Notes under the pieces: model-generated
Seen by the model: the letters and a program-made list of their open reading frames with translations, nothing else
Databases searched by the model: none
What the model was told of the DNA's origin: nothing
Made by a program: the position numbers and the translations under genes
Shown here: one piece after another, positions 12,811 through 25,689 of the stretch
Numbering within the stretch: the stretch's first letter is position 1
Layout of the letters: every line of letters begins with the position of its first letter
Source: Octopus bimaculoides
Lineage: Eukaryota
Assembly (NCBI RefSeq): GCF_001194135.2
Contig: NC_068997.1
Location: 2,479,493-2,543,492 of the forward strand
Direction: 5' to 3'
Length of the DNA: 64,000 nt

Positions 12811-13407
12811 ATTTTATGTAAAGATCTCTGGCTATGGGGAAAATATTTTGTTACTGAAAAACAGGCAAGGGAAGGTGACCGAAAGGGCATCTGGCTATAG
12901 TAAATCTGCCTTGAGCAATTCTGTCCCATGCATGCAAGGAAAAGTGTATGTTCAAAGCATTGATAATGGTGTATAACTTCTTTGGTTTTTCAAAAGAACA
13001 AATCAAAAAAAAAAAAAAAAAATTCCACAGGAATTAATTTCAATTTATGATAAGGAAACCAATGGGAAAATAGATTTTATATTACCAAATTCCAAATTAC
13101 AACAAAGCTTTCAGGAACACAAACCTTCCACGCCATGGGAAATCATAAAAATAATGATGTTTAATTCACCTAACCGAGGGTGACATCATGACACACATTG
13201 CCGGAATAAATGATACTGCTCTATAGAATATAACATCCTGTCACAATGACAAAATTTATTACCATATCATTTAATATCTCAGTTTTTTTCTACCAACCTG
13301 TTTGAAACCATGCCTAACTTCTACAATACAAATTTCCTTACTTACAATGACCTACATTAAAACCCACCATGAAAATTTATATTCTTAATACTCACTTCAT
13401 AATTATA

Positions 13408-13539
13408 GGTGCAGGAGTGGCTGTGTGGTAAGTAGCTTGCTTACAAGCCACATTGTTCTGGGTTCAGAACCATGTGGTCCTGCTAGGCACCTTGGGCAAA
13501 TGAGTGGATTTGGTAGATGGAAACTGAAAGAAGTTCTTC

Positions 13540-13577
<38 letters not shown>

Positions 13578-13779
13578 ATGCTTGTGTGTCAGTGTTTGTC
13601 CACCCACCATTGCTTGACAACCAATGTTGGTGTGTTTACCAGTAAATTAGCTGTTCATCAAAAGAGATAGATAGAATAATTACTAGGCTTACAAAGAACA
13701 GGTCTTAGGGTTTGATTTGTTCAACTAAAGGTGGTGCTCCAGCATGGCCACAGTCAAATGACTGAAACAAAAGAATTAA
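13408..13779 (+). mobile_element. CORE-type tRNA SINE, family B (internal TA/TG microsatellite)
   Basis: Head GCAGGAGTGGCTGTGTGGTAAG, CORE-like GGCACCTTGGGCAA, 3' GGTGCTCCAGCATGGCCACAGTCAAATGACTGAAAC. An inverted partial copy follows at 13925-14095. Confidence 0.85.
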
Positions 13780-13802
13780 AAAAATATATATGTGTGTGTG
13801 CG

Positions 13803-13861
<59 letters not shown>

Positions 13862-14255
13862 GTGTGTGTGTGCGTGTGTGTGTGTGTGTGCATGCACATA
13901 TACATATATATATATATATATATCTTTGAACTTGTTTCAGCCATTAGGCTGCAGCCATACTGGGGCACTGAAAACATTTTAGTTGAATGAATCGATCTCA
14001 GTACATTTTTTTAAAGCTTGATACTTATTCTATCAGTCTCTTTCAGCAAACCACTAAGTTATGGGGATGTAAACAAGACAACGCCAGTTGACAAGCAGTG
14101 GTCACACACACACACACACACACACACACAAAGTATATATATACTCACTGCATTTTTGTTTTTTGTTTCTCTTGTGGTAGCACCAGCAATACAGAGATTT
14201 GTCATTTCTTTGTCTGAGAGAGTGGTATCTCTAAACAATGAAAGTGTATCACTTA

Positions 14256-14397
14256 GGCGTAGGAGTGGCTGTGTGGTAAGTAGCTTGCTTACGAACAACA
14301 TGGTTCCAGGTTCAGTCTTCTGCTGTAGACTCAGGCCGACCAAAGCCTTTGAGTGGATTTGGTAGACGGAAACTGAAAGAAGCCTGTCGTATATATG

Positions 14398-14438
<41 letters not shown>

Positions 14439-14935
14439 TTGTGTGTTTATCCTCCCCAACATCGTTTTGCAACCGATGCTGGTGTGTTTGCATCCCCGTA
14501 ACTTAGCGGTTCGGCAAAAGAGACCGATAGAATAAGTACTAGGCTTACAAAGAATAAGTCCTGGGGTCGATTAGCTCGACTAAAGGCGGTGCTCCAGCAT
14601 GGCCACAGTCAAATGACTGAAACAAGTAAAAGAGTGATTAATGTATTCGGCTCTCTATCATAAGATCGCGAGTTCAATTTCCAGTGGCATATTGTGTCCT
14701 TGAGCAAGACACTTTATTTCATATTGCTCCAGTCCACTTAGCTGGCAAAACTGAATTGTACCTGTAATTCAAAAGCCCTGTCGCATTCTGTCGCATTCTG
14801 TATCATGCTGAATTTCTCTCTGAGAACTATGTTAAAGGCACATGTGTCTGTGGAGTGCTCAGCCACTTTCATGTTAATTTCACAAAAAGGCTCTTCTGCT
14901 GATTGAATCAACTGGTACACTTGTCATCATAACCA
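14256..14935 (+). mobile_element. Family B SINE (14256-14635) immediately followed by a 5'-truncated family C SINE (14636-14935)
   Basis: Family B head and tail motifs intact; family C CORE TTGTGTCCTTGAGCAAGACACTT and body motifs shared with 8522-8902. Confidence 0.85.
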
Positions 14936-15337
14936 ACAACATGGCCAACCACTTCCAAATAAAAAATGGCTATCCCTGTGACAACTAATATGTGGGAAGC
15001 TGATGTGAGATACATCTTCCCCTGGATGAAGCACTAGTTTATTGTAGATAACATTCCAAGAGGATGTGGTCACCCATTCATGTCAGAAGCCAGATGTACT
15101 GAGGGCTGATCTAGAATGTATGGATTTACATAGAAATAGCTAGACAACCTTAAAGATAGGATCTAAACCCCTAGATCTGGTAGCTTTGCCACACCTACTG
15201 CTTCAACAAAGTACGGAAAGACAAAGACTTACTCAAATGTTTACAGACCTTTCCAACCCACGACAATATAGCAAAACAAAATAATGAATGAGGAAAAGGC
15301 ATGCTTTAATTCTAATAAAATATGAAATATAAAACAC

Positions 15338-15395
<58 letters not shown>

Positions 15396-16103
15396 CATAT
15401 AACCATGGCTTGTAATAATAATAATAATAATAATAATAATGAAAGCTAAAATATTTAATAAAAAATTAATAACAAAACAGAACTTTGATGTTTTCTGATG
15501 CAATTAAAAGTGAAGGCAAGCAAAATTCATTAAAAGAGCTTTGACAAGATAAAAACAGTTGAGAGCACTGAGATTTTGGCCTTGATTGTCTTGGAAAATT
15601 ATCATTAAAATTGAAAAAACAAAAAAAAAATCGTTGTCTGAAGGTCAAAGGCCGCATTACCCACGCCATCATCTCTGCTCTTCACCCATTTATTTCAACA
15701 GATTCAGACTATAAAACCTCCTCATGTGTCAGTCATAGAAGCTGCTTGTTAATTGGTTGCCTTATTAGAGGAAATATTGGAATTGGTAACATCGGATGAG
15801 GATAATAAGAGAAATAAAAGACCAATCACTGCATACTGTCGTTTATTTGTTTTTTTTTGGGGGGGGGGGGNNNNNNNNNNGAGGTGGCAGGGGGTAAGGT
15901 TTGGAGTTGGTTTGATTAGAAATCACTACTAATCGATTATATTAGCATAGAGTAATGTAACACACCATTGGTGTTACGCAAGAGTTAAACCTCAGACAAG
16001 ACGCACCACTCCATATCAATACATTAACACACAATACCATCAGCATTATATAAGGGATGGAGTTAGATGTTAAACAAGATATACCACTCTATATAAATAT
16101 ATT

Positions 16104-16282
16104 GATTTCATATTGTGGCACAAGGCCAGCAATTTTAGGGGAAGGGGCAAGTTGATTACATCAACCCCAGGACTCAACCCAGTCTTATTATACAGACCCT
16201 TAAAGGATGAAAGGCAAAATCATCCTCAGTGGAATTTGAACTCAGAATATAAAGACGGACTAAATACCACTAAGCATTTTGC

Positions 16283-16319
<37 letters not shown>

Positions 16320-16345
16320 GTAGTAGTAATAATAATAATAAGAGA

Positions 16346-16382
<37 letters not shown>

Positions 16383-17388
16383 CCCTAATGCAATACCAGG
16401 CAGTGGCTCTCATGGCTTCTGATCTTGACTGATTGGAAGTGCTATCATGTACATTGTTTTGCCTTGGTATAAAAAGATGGACTACAGCAAATATTCTGCT
16501 TAATACCACAGATTTGCTTGTCAGTTGCTTGACCATAACCAGTTGAGCATGTTCCTTAGTGGCTGATGATGATATGTGCATCTCTGATCATGAGCAGAAG
16601 TAGTGGGGGAGCATGATAGCCATGTGTTGAGAGGAATTATTTGAGGCTTGAATAATTCACCTCTGGAAACATGGGCCGTTTTGTTTATCATTCTTAAACA
16701 AACCTTATTCAGAGACCTTTTGAGCAGGATGGGCTACTCGACCTGAAGAAAATTCTAACTGGGCCCCACCTGCGAGGTCATGCACTATTTATCTTGATAT
16801 GAGATCACCATGTCATGCACATATGGTTGTGATGCATGTGCCTGGTGTACCCTTATCAGACGGGTAGTCATGATGGGTATATTGGGCTTTGTATATTTTA
16901 CCCCAGTGTCACTTTGATGGCATGCACTGCTCTCTCACTCAATAATAATAATAATAATAATGATAATAATCCTTTCTACTAAAGGCAAATAGCTTGAAGT
17001 TTTGGGGCAGGGGACTAGTCAAATACATTGACTCCAGTGTTTCACTGGTACTTAATTTATTGACACCAAAAGATAAAAGGCAAAGTCGACCTTGGTAGAA
17101 TTTGAACTCAGAATGTGCAAACAGGCAAAATGCAGCTAAGCATTTTGTCTGCATGCTGACGATCCTGCCAGCAATCCTTTCTACTATAGGCACAAAGCCT
17201 GAAGCTTAGAGGAAGGGGATAGTCGATTACATTGAGCCCAGTGCTCAACGATGACTTTTTTTATCAACCCCAAAAGGATGAAAGGCAAAGTCGACCTCAG
17301 TGGAATTTGAACTCAGTATATAAAGATGGACAAAATGCCGCCAAGCATTTTACCTGGGGTGCTAACAGTTGTGCCAGCTTGCTACCTT
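16104..17388 (-). mobile_element. Composite of three family A SINE units plus a nested 559-bp element, bounded by an 18-bp direct repeat
   Basis: ACTCTATATAAATATATT at 16086-16103 and 17389-17406; SINE units at 16104-16282, ~16960-17170 and 17173-17388. Confidence 0.85.
16382..16940. mobile_element. Unclassified 559-bp interspersed element inserted in (AAT)n
   Basis: Non-coding sequence of higher GC than its flanks, with (AAT)n on both sides; a second partial copy in opposite orientation at 46351-46480. Confidence 0.75.
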
Positions 17389-17515
17389 ACTCTATATAAA
17401 TATATTAACAACATACTGTTATTGTTACACAGGGGGACAAAGTTACATCTTAGGCAAGACACATCACTGAAAAATTGGGTATAAGAAGCATCAGACATAG
17501 TGTGCAAAACTGCAC

Positions 17516-17990
17516 AGGTATGGCCATAGGATGTGTATGGATGAGAAGAGCTGTGTGAAAAAGTGCCAATCTCTAATTGAGGAGAGAACTTGTGGAAGGG
17601 GTAGACCCAGAAAGATGTGGGACAAGGTGGTGAAATATAATGTCCTGTTGTTGAGCCTCATGGAAGCAATGGTAAGTGATTGCGAGTTCTGGTGATGTGT
17701 TGTGCTTGAGAAGATACATCAAGCTTAAGTGAATCATGGTTGTTGCTAGTGCCGGTGACAAATAAAAGGGATCCATGCTGGTGACACATAAAAGGCACCT
17801 GTGCCAGTCACATGCAAAAGGCACCCATGCTAGTAACACAGAAGAAGCACACAGTACAACCTGTAAAATGGCTGACATTAGGAAGGGCACCCAGCCATAG
17901 AAACCGAAACAAAACAGATGACTGGAGCCTGGTGCAACTCTCCAGCTTGCTAGTTCCAGTCAAACCATCTAACCCATACCAGCATGATAT
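17516..17990 (+). pseudogene. RTE-clade LINE 3' end (decayed C-terminal ORF plus 3' UTR)
   Basis: Translates to MDEKSCVKKCQSLIEERTCGRGRPRKMWDKVV...VLEK, the GRGRPRKTW motif of RTE ORF C-termini. Confidence 0.8.
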
Positions 17991-19351
17991 AATTTTATGT
18001 TTAGGCTATACCTGTAGAGTTGATTTGACCAAGTCTTATCTAGGACTATGCAACATGTTTTTATAGAGACCACATGAGCCAGTGGCAGAGATTGTGCATA
18101 GTTGCCTCTCTTTCCCACCTAAATAGCCTTGTTTCTACATGTTGTTCTATAGGGACCTCAAAACATTAACCACATGGAACAATGGGCTGCAAGATATAGC
18201 AGTCAATTGATAACTCAAATTTGCTAGTATGTTTAATGTAGCTTCCACATGTTTAGAATTGTCAAATCACTGAGGTTAATGAAATAGGAGACCAGACTGA
18301 AAGTTTTCATTTAATCAAACCTTGCCCCACCCTCCCTCTTAGTCTGTGGATCTGGCCTAGCAGTGCTACAACAACAGCAGCAGCAGCAGTAGCAGTAGTG
18401 ACAGCAACAGTAACAATCACCACAACAACAACAACCATAGCAGCAGCATCAACAGGTGCTTAGCTTGAAGAAATGTAAATGTGAAGGAAACAGTATGAAG
18501 TGCGAAGAATATTTTTGTGGAACAACGGTATTGATAGGAATTGGTAAAAGGTTTAATTATCGGTTGGAGACAGCGCTGCCGGTGTTGTTGCTGTTGTTGT
18601 TATCGTAAAAGAGCAATAAACGTCAGCAGGATGTGCAGAGAAGTTGCTCATTTCAAGAGCAGATCTTCACTATAAATGGTGATTACGGCTCTCTGGAGAC
18701 AGGTAAGAGAATTCCTGAACAGAATAATATTACCAAGAATAATGTATTTGCAAAGAATTCTCATTGGGTTGTAAATATGGGGTAGCAGTGGTGTGGGGGT
18801 GGGCTTGGGCAAGAAGGGTTAGGGAGACGGGAGGGATGATGAATTGAGAGAGAGATGGCAAGTTCCAGAGAATTAGGGGTGCCAATAAGGAAGGGTAAAT
18901 CGAGGATAGAAGGCAAGTGGTTGAGGAAAAGGGGTGGAGGGAAGGCAGGTGATTGTAAAGGAGGGGAAGGCATGAGGGAAAGGGGTGGAAGGAAAGAGGC
19001 AGAGGGGAAGGTGGGTGAGTGGGAAAAGGTATGGATGGAATGGAGAAAATGGTAGGGTGCAGAATCTGTTCTGGTTATTGTTGTTTTTTGCTTCTTTGTT
19101 TAATGTTCAAGGAATCATGAACTGCAAATGTAAAATTATTGTTTCTACAGAATAATATCAAAACTGTATACAATGGAAATCTTATACAAAATCATGAATG
19201 TACATACATGTACTGAGTGCTGCAGAAACTCACAAATTAATCACCTCTCTTTAAAATAAATGTACACATAAATACTACAAACATATATATTATACATACA
19301 TACTAAACACACACAGTAACATATATAAGACACTTTCAGATTTATCAGAAT

Positions 19352-19409
19352 ATTGGGCTGATGAGACGGAATAGATTAATATCTTAACCGCGAAACGTTC
19401 GTATCCAAT
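19352..19409 (+). ncRNA. Minimal type I hammerhead ribozyme (Penelope-like-element type), intact core
   Basis: Stem I ATTGGG/TCCAAT; CTGATGA at 19358-19364; stem II G-C plus CGG/CCG with distal AGAT/ATCT; GAAA at 19392-19395; short stem III ACG-TT-CGT; GUA cleavage triplet at 19401-19403. Confidence 0.75.
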
Positions 19410-19691
19410 TAACTAAAGCAGGTTTGTTTTTGCTTTTCACTCTGGTTTTTTGTTCTATGTGCGCCATAAATATCGCCATCCATTTAGAGAAAAATTTGTA
19501 GTTTAGAATCAGTAGTTTTTGACTGCTATTTCTAAATTTTCAGTATGTTGGAGAAGCAACTCAATGCTAATCCCTGTATATTTACGATGATAAATGATTT
19601 TACCGATAAAGGTTTTTTTCAAACTGAACTACTTGGCAAAATTGTTAATTATTAATTCTATTACTAATTGACGATTCCCTGCCCTTATTCT

Positions 19692-19732
<41 letters not shown>

Positions 19733-19734
19733 TC

Positions 19735-20022
19735 CCATCGAAGAGGACATATGAGCATCCAGCTTTTGCCGAATGACCTGCACAAATGATTTGTTTATAG
19801 GGATCAAATGTTTGAGTCACACATTAGCCCACACACTCCATCAAAGCAAGGTTGTATGAACAGGTGCACAATGTACCACATGTCAGGTGTCGAAGTGATC
19901 ACAGGGCAACATAAGATAAAGTGTTTCGCTCAAGAATACAATGCACCGTCTGGTCTAGGAATTGAAATCATGATCTCGCAATCATGAATGCAACACCCGA
20001 ACTAATAAGTCAGGTGCCTTCA
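19735..20022 (-). mobile_element. Family C-head SINE with an alternative 3' body
   Basis: Minus-strand head and CORE (TTGTATTCTTGAGCGAAACACT) like other family C copies; body unlike the other copies. Confidence 0.65.
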
Positions 20023-20032
20023 CAAAATACAA

Positions 20033-20064
<32 letters not shown>

Positions 20065-20149
20065 GTGTCTATGTATACACATACATATGCATACATATAT
20101 ATATATATGTATACTACACACACATATATATATACATGCACACACACAC

Positions 20150-20180
<31 letters not shown>

Positions 20181-20379
20181 GATAGATAGATAGATAGATA
20201 TATAAGTTTACATACATATACATTTATATATATATATATACATGTATTTTTTACAGATACATATATATAATATATATATAAACGTATGTGTGTGTATGTA
20301 TATATATAAATGTATGTGTATAAATATGTATATATAAATGTATGTGTGTGTGTATATATATATATATCACATAAATGTA

Positions 20380-20419
<40 letters not shown>

Positions 20420-21294
20420 GTTACAAGATTCATTAGAATCCAGGAACATCAACACATAGGACCCCTGTGAGGTAAAACAATAATAAAGATATTACTAATT
20501 TATGAGGATGTAAACATGCCAGTACCAGGTATCAAGTGGTGAGAGAGTGAACAAACACACACACAAACACACACACACACACATATACAGACACACACAT
20601 ATATGTATATGTGTGTGTGTGTGTATATATATATATATGTATTCACATATATGTACGACAGGACTCTTTCAGTTTCTGTCAATGAAATCCACTCACGAGG
20701 CCTTGGTTGGCTCAAGGCTATAATTAGAAGACACTTGTCCTAGGTGTCACACAGTGGGATTGAACCTGGGACCATGTGGAGAGGAAGGAAACTTCTTACC
20801 ACACAGTCATACCAACACCTCTTAAAATCATCATCATCATTGTTTTCATGTCCACTTTTCCATGCTTGCATGGATCAGATGGAATTTGTTGGGCCAGATT
20901 TTGTATGGCTTAATGCCCTTCCTCTTGTCAATACTCACAGGTTTCCAAACAAGGTAATATTTTCCCCAAACCCAATCGTGTTTTTACAGAATATTGGAAA
21001 CTGAGGATACTGTTCACATGACAGTGAAATTCATTTCAATTATCGCATGGTGCCAAAACGAGAGGACACACACACATCGTTTAACGTCCCTTTCCATGCT
21101 AGCATGGGTTGGACGATTTGACTGAGGACTAGTGAAACCGGATGGCAACACCAGGCTCCAATCTAATTTGGCAGAGTTTCTACAGCTGGATGCCCTTCCT
21201 AACGCCAACCACTCAGAGAGTGTAGTGGGTGCTTTTACGTGTCACCCGCACAAAAACGGCCACGCTCGAAATGGTGTCTTTTATGTGCCACCCG

Positions 21295-21730
21295 NNNNNN
21301 NNNNNNNNNNNNNNNNNNNNNNNNNNNNNNNNNNNNNNNNNNNNNNNNNNNNNNNNNNNNNNNNNNNNNNNNNNNNNNNNNNNNNNNNNNNNNNNNNNNN
21401 NNNNNNNNNNNNNNNNNNNNNNNNNNNNNNNNNNNNNNNNNNNNNNNNNNNNNNNNNNNNNNNNNNNNNNNNNNNNNNNNNNNNNNNNNNNNNNNNNNNN
21501 NNNNNNNNNNNNNNNNNNNNNNNNNNNNNNNNNNNNNNNNNNNNNNNNNNNNNNNNNNNNNNNNNNNNNNNNNNNNNNNNNNNNNNNNNNNNNNNNNNNN
21601 NNNNNNNNNNNNNNNNNNNNNNNNNNNNNNNNNNNNNNNNNNNNNNNNNNNNNNNNNNNNNNNNNNNNNNNNNNNNNNNNNNNNNNNNNNNNNNNNNNNN
21701 NNNNNNNNNNNNNNNNNNNNNNNNNNNNNN
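21295..21730. other. Assembly gap (N run)
   Basis: N characters; truncates the RTE-tail element that starts at ~21076. Confidence 1.
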
Positions 21731-21838
21731 ATATATATATATATATATATATAATAATATTAAGGGATAAAATTTCAAAACTTACAGGGAAAATTCAATT
21801 TCACAATTCTAAATCAAATTTCCCAATATATAATACAT

Positions 21839-22018
21839 ATATATAATTTAGAGAAAGACCTCTATTAACAAATTCAACAATGAAAAATGTCATTCAAAAC
21901 ATCTAGAAAAACAAATATACTCCAAAAAACCCTGAGGTATATTTAGTTTTCTAGATGTTTTCAATGACATTTTTCACTGTTGAATTTGTTAATAGAGGTT
22001 TTTCTCTAAATTATATAT
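21839..22018. repeat. 180-bp near-perfect palindrome (72-bp arms, 3 mismatches)
   Basis: 21839-21910 is the reverse complement of 21947-22018; the inner 14-mers also pair imperfectly. Confidence 0.92.
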
Positions 22019-22715
22019 ACATATTTGTTTGGGCTTCCTCCAGTTTCTATCAATCAAATTCCTTTAGAAGGCTTTCATTAGCTTGAGGCTGTAGTAGAAA
22101 AGATTTACAATACCCCACAGTGGGACTGAATCCAAAATCAGATTACTGGCCATTGAATACCTCAACCACACAGCCATGCTTGCATCCATTTCTCTCAGTC
22201 AAATTCATCTTTCATCTGTCTTCATCTTTTGTTGCTGCTCTGTCTTTATAATTATACATGAAACTCTCAGTACTGCTTTCATTCATTATATTTCTGTTAT
22301 TTAATCATGTCACCTCTCTAATTACCCTTCTTTATTGCCAGTCTTTAGATATTTCTCTTTCCATTTCTTACTTACAATACTGTTTTCTCTTTCACTCTTT
22401 TCTCTCTCTCACCACTGTATTTTACTGTCTGCTAGTCTGATTATTGGGTGACTGCTACCCATTTTATTTTCTCACCTCTTCTGTCTTTCAATCCCACTCT
22501 GTCAGTCTCTTCCTATCCATCTAATCTTCTTTTATTTTACTTCTCTCATCACAGTCCCTTCTTTCTCCTTATCAATCAAGGGAGAAAATAACAAAAATGA
22601 AAACAGAGATGTGTCGTAGCAGTTCATATGAAAAGTTATTGAAATGTTCGACAAGTGTTATACACAAAATTTGACAGCCCTGAACAATTTCAGAATTGTT
22701 TTTTCGGCTTCAAAA

Positions 22716-22761
<46 letters not shown>

Positions 22762-25689
22762 GTATATAAAATCTTCACAAACATACAAATATTTTCCCAT
22801 ATCAGTTTATACCCAGACGCACAAAATACCTGCAGACACAGTTCATTTTATTAACATCTCATTGTCCTGTAAGTATATCTGTACACACCCTGCATACACA
22901 TATATACAAGTATCTATAAGTATGTGCAATATTTTATTTTATTTTTTACGTTTAATTCATCTTTTATTTCTTATTCTTTTCCTTATCAGAACAGTGAAAA
23001 CTTAGCTAGAATGTAATGTTAGCACATTTGTACTAAAAGTAGATATTTCAAAAATAGTCTGAGACATAGCTAAAACGATGTCTCCAAATTTGGAAACTAA
23101 GCCCCAGGAGGAGGGAAAAACTAGTAATAATAAATAGTATTTATGGAAAAAAAAAAGGAATAATGATAATGAATTAAACAAACATATAATAAATCAATAA
23201 TAAAATACAAACAGCAAGTAAAAACAAAGAATTGAATATGGAGTGACAAAAATCCAAGTTTGGAGAAGTTGAAACTTCAACAATATATGGACCCACAGGG
23301 ATGAAGCTAAATACAAGGAAAAACAGAGGAAAGAACCAGCGCCAGCCTGCCAATAATGGTTTATAAAAAAACTTATCAGTATTTGACTTTCAATATATAC
23401 AGTAGAATTGTTGTCACTGACCAGGTTACAGAAATGAGACAATTTTTTGACATCTTAGAATAATTGCACATTAGTAACAAATGGAAAGGGAATGTAATAG
23501 ATTTTGCTTTTAAATGGTTACAAGAGGTCTTCCTTATAATGACATTGTTTATCATCATCATCATTTTACATTGGCTTTCCATGCTGGCATGAGTTAGATG
23601 AGTCAGAGGATCACATCATGGGTGTTTCATTTCTGACTTGTTTCTAAGACTTCCACCAATAACCTTACAGAGCTTACTGGGTTCCTGTCCTGCAGTACCT
23701 GTTCTAAAGAGGTGACATGTCCTCAACAAGACAAAAGGGTTGCCACAATCTTACGCTTTATAGAGTGCACTGGGCATGTTTCTAGTGGCTGTCATCACTA
23801 CTCAAGAGGTAGCCATAGCTTGACATAGCTAAAGAAACCTCACAGCAATGCATACCTCTGCTTATTTACCAACCTCTTTCAGCAGGAGAGGCAGAAGTGA
23901 TACAAACATGAACGATGGGTGTAGGCTTGGCTGTGGGATAAGAAGTTTGCTTCCCAACCACACAGTTCAGGGTTCAGTCTCACTGTGTGGCACCTCGAGC
24001 AAGTGTTTTTGGCAAACAGAAACTGGAAAAAGCCTGTCACATTCATGTATATCTATGTGTGTGTGTCTTTCTGTCTGTGTTTGTCCCCCAGCCACCGCTT
24101 GACAACCAGTGTTGGTATGTTTACATCTCTGTAACTTAGCAGTTCAGCAAGAGAGATTGATAGAATAAGTACCAGGCTTTAAAAAAAAAAAGAGGAGTGA
24201 GGGTGATTTGTTTAACTAAAAGTTCTTCAAGACTGTGCCCCAGGATGGCTACAATCTAATGACTGAAACAAGTAAAAGATAAAAGATAGAGGCAAGAATG
24301 GTAGTGACAACAGAGGTATTCAATATTCCGAGTAAGGTATTCAAGGCAACAAGACCAAAACAAAAGGGTGATAACGGTAGGACAATATGATCCCTGGGAT
24401 AGCAGCAAAAGAAACCCAGGATTTGTGGGTCTCTTCCCTAAGGATCTGAATTAATTTTAAGAAATTAATTTTTAATATCTTGAAATTCTCTCATTATTCC
24501 CTACCAGTTAGCATTAGGTTTTTGATTTCTTTCTCAAACTAAGAGGCAAATCTCAAATCAGTAGCAATGTCTTGCACACAGCCTTCATTACATCAACATT
24601 TCATTTAATTTGAGTTAAATGCTTGTTTACTTGCAACACTACTTTTCTGTGTTCACTGTAATATTTTTGTTTAGCTGGGGCTGGCAATGCGTGTGATCAG
24701 CTCATATTTTGATGCTGCTTTGCTATAAGGAAACAAAGTTCTCAGAGTTGTCTCCCTTGCAGTAAATCGTACTGATATTAGGCAAAAAGTCAGAAATGCA
24801 GTAGTCACCACTTTCACAAAACAATGCCTTGAAATGACCGTTGGTGCTTTTCAACATCTTGTACATAAAGTAAGAAAGGTTCTCCATGGCGAATTAGCAG
24901 TGAAAACACCCTTTATACAGATCAAATATAGACCAAACATTTATATCAATCTGAATGCTTGTATTATTTTCAACACTACTATTGTATGCCTACTACAATG
25001 TTTAACTTAATTACCCAAAATTATGACATTGGCCCAATTTGATTAGCTCCCTTAGCTCTTGATATTTTAAACTTCGTACAAGTGGTTAATTTGTTTTCAT
25101 TAATCGTAATTCTGTTGTATTTATTAGATTGTGTAATGTTTGTGTAACATTCACCTTTGACCTGCTCAATTATTTGTATATCAATAACTATTATTGATTA
25201 GTGTTTGTTTTAGTTTTATCAATTTATTGTTGCAGTGATTCTTAGTGGAGCAGAAAACGGTCTGGTTAGGAAACATGAAGAATTCTAGATAAAAGAAAAA
25301 TTAAAACTGCAGCAGAGTTGTTTGTCGATAACTAATGATTAAAAAAACAAAAACAAAAGTCTTCTCTCTTCACATGAGTGGATGTGCATGTGTGTGCATG
25401 TGTGTGTACGTATGTGGTGAATATGTGTGTACACACAAACACACATGTTATGTGTATGTATGTACTCTTGTCTAGACATCATGTGATGGTTGCAAATGTA
25501 CACCATAATAAAAGAGAGGTTGTTAATTTGTGAAAAATAGGGGAAAATATTACCTTGCTTGGAAACAGGTAAGGGTTAGTGACAGGAAATGCATCCAGCC
25601 ATAGAAAAGTCTACCTCAACAAATTTTCATCTGGCTCATACAAGTTTGGAAAAGTAAACATTAAAAGATGGTGACAATATCAGCATCAT

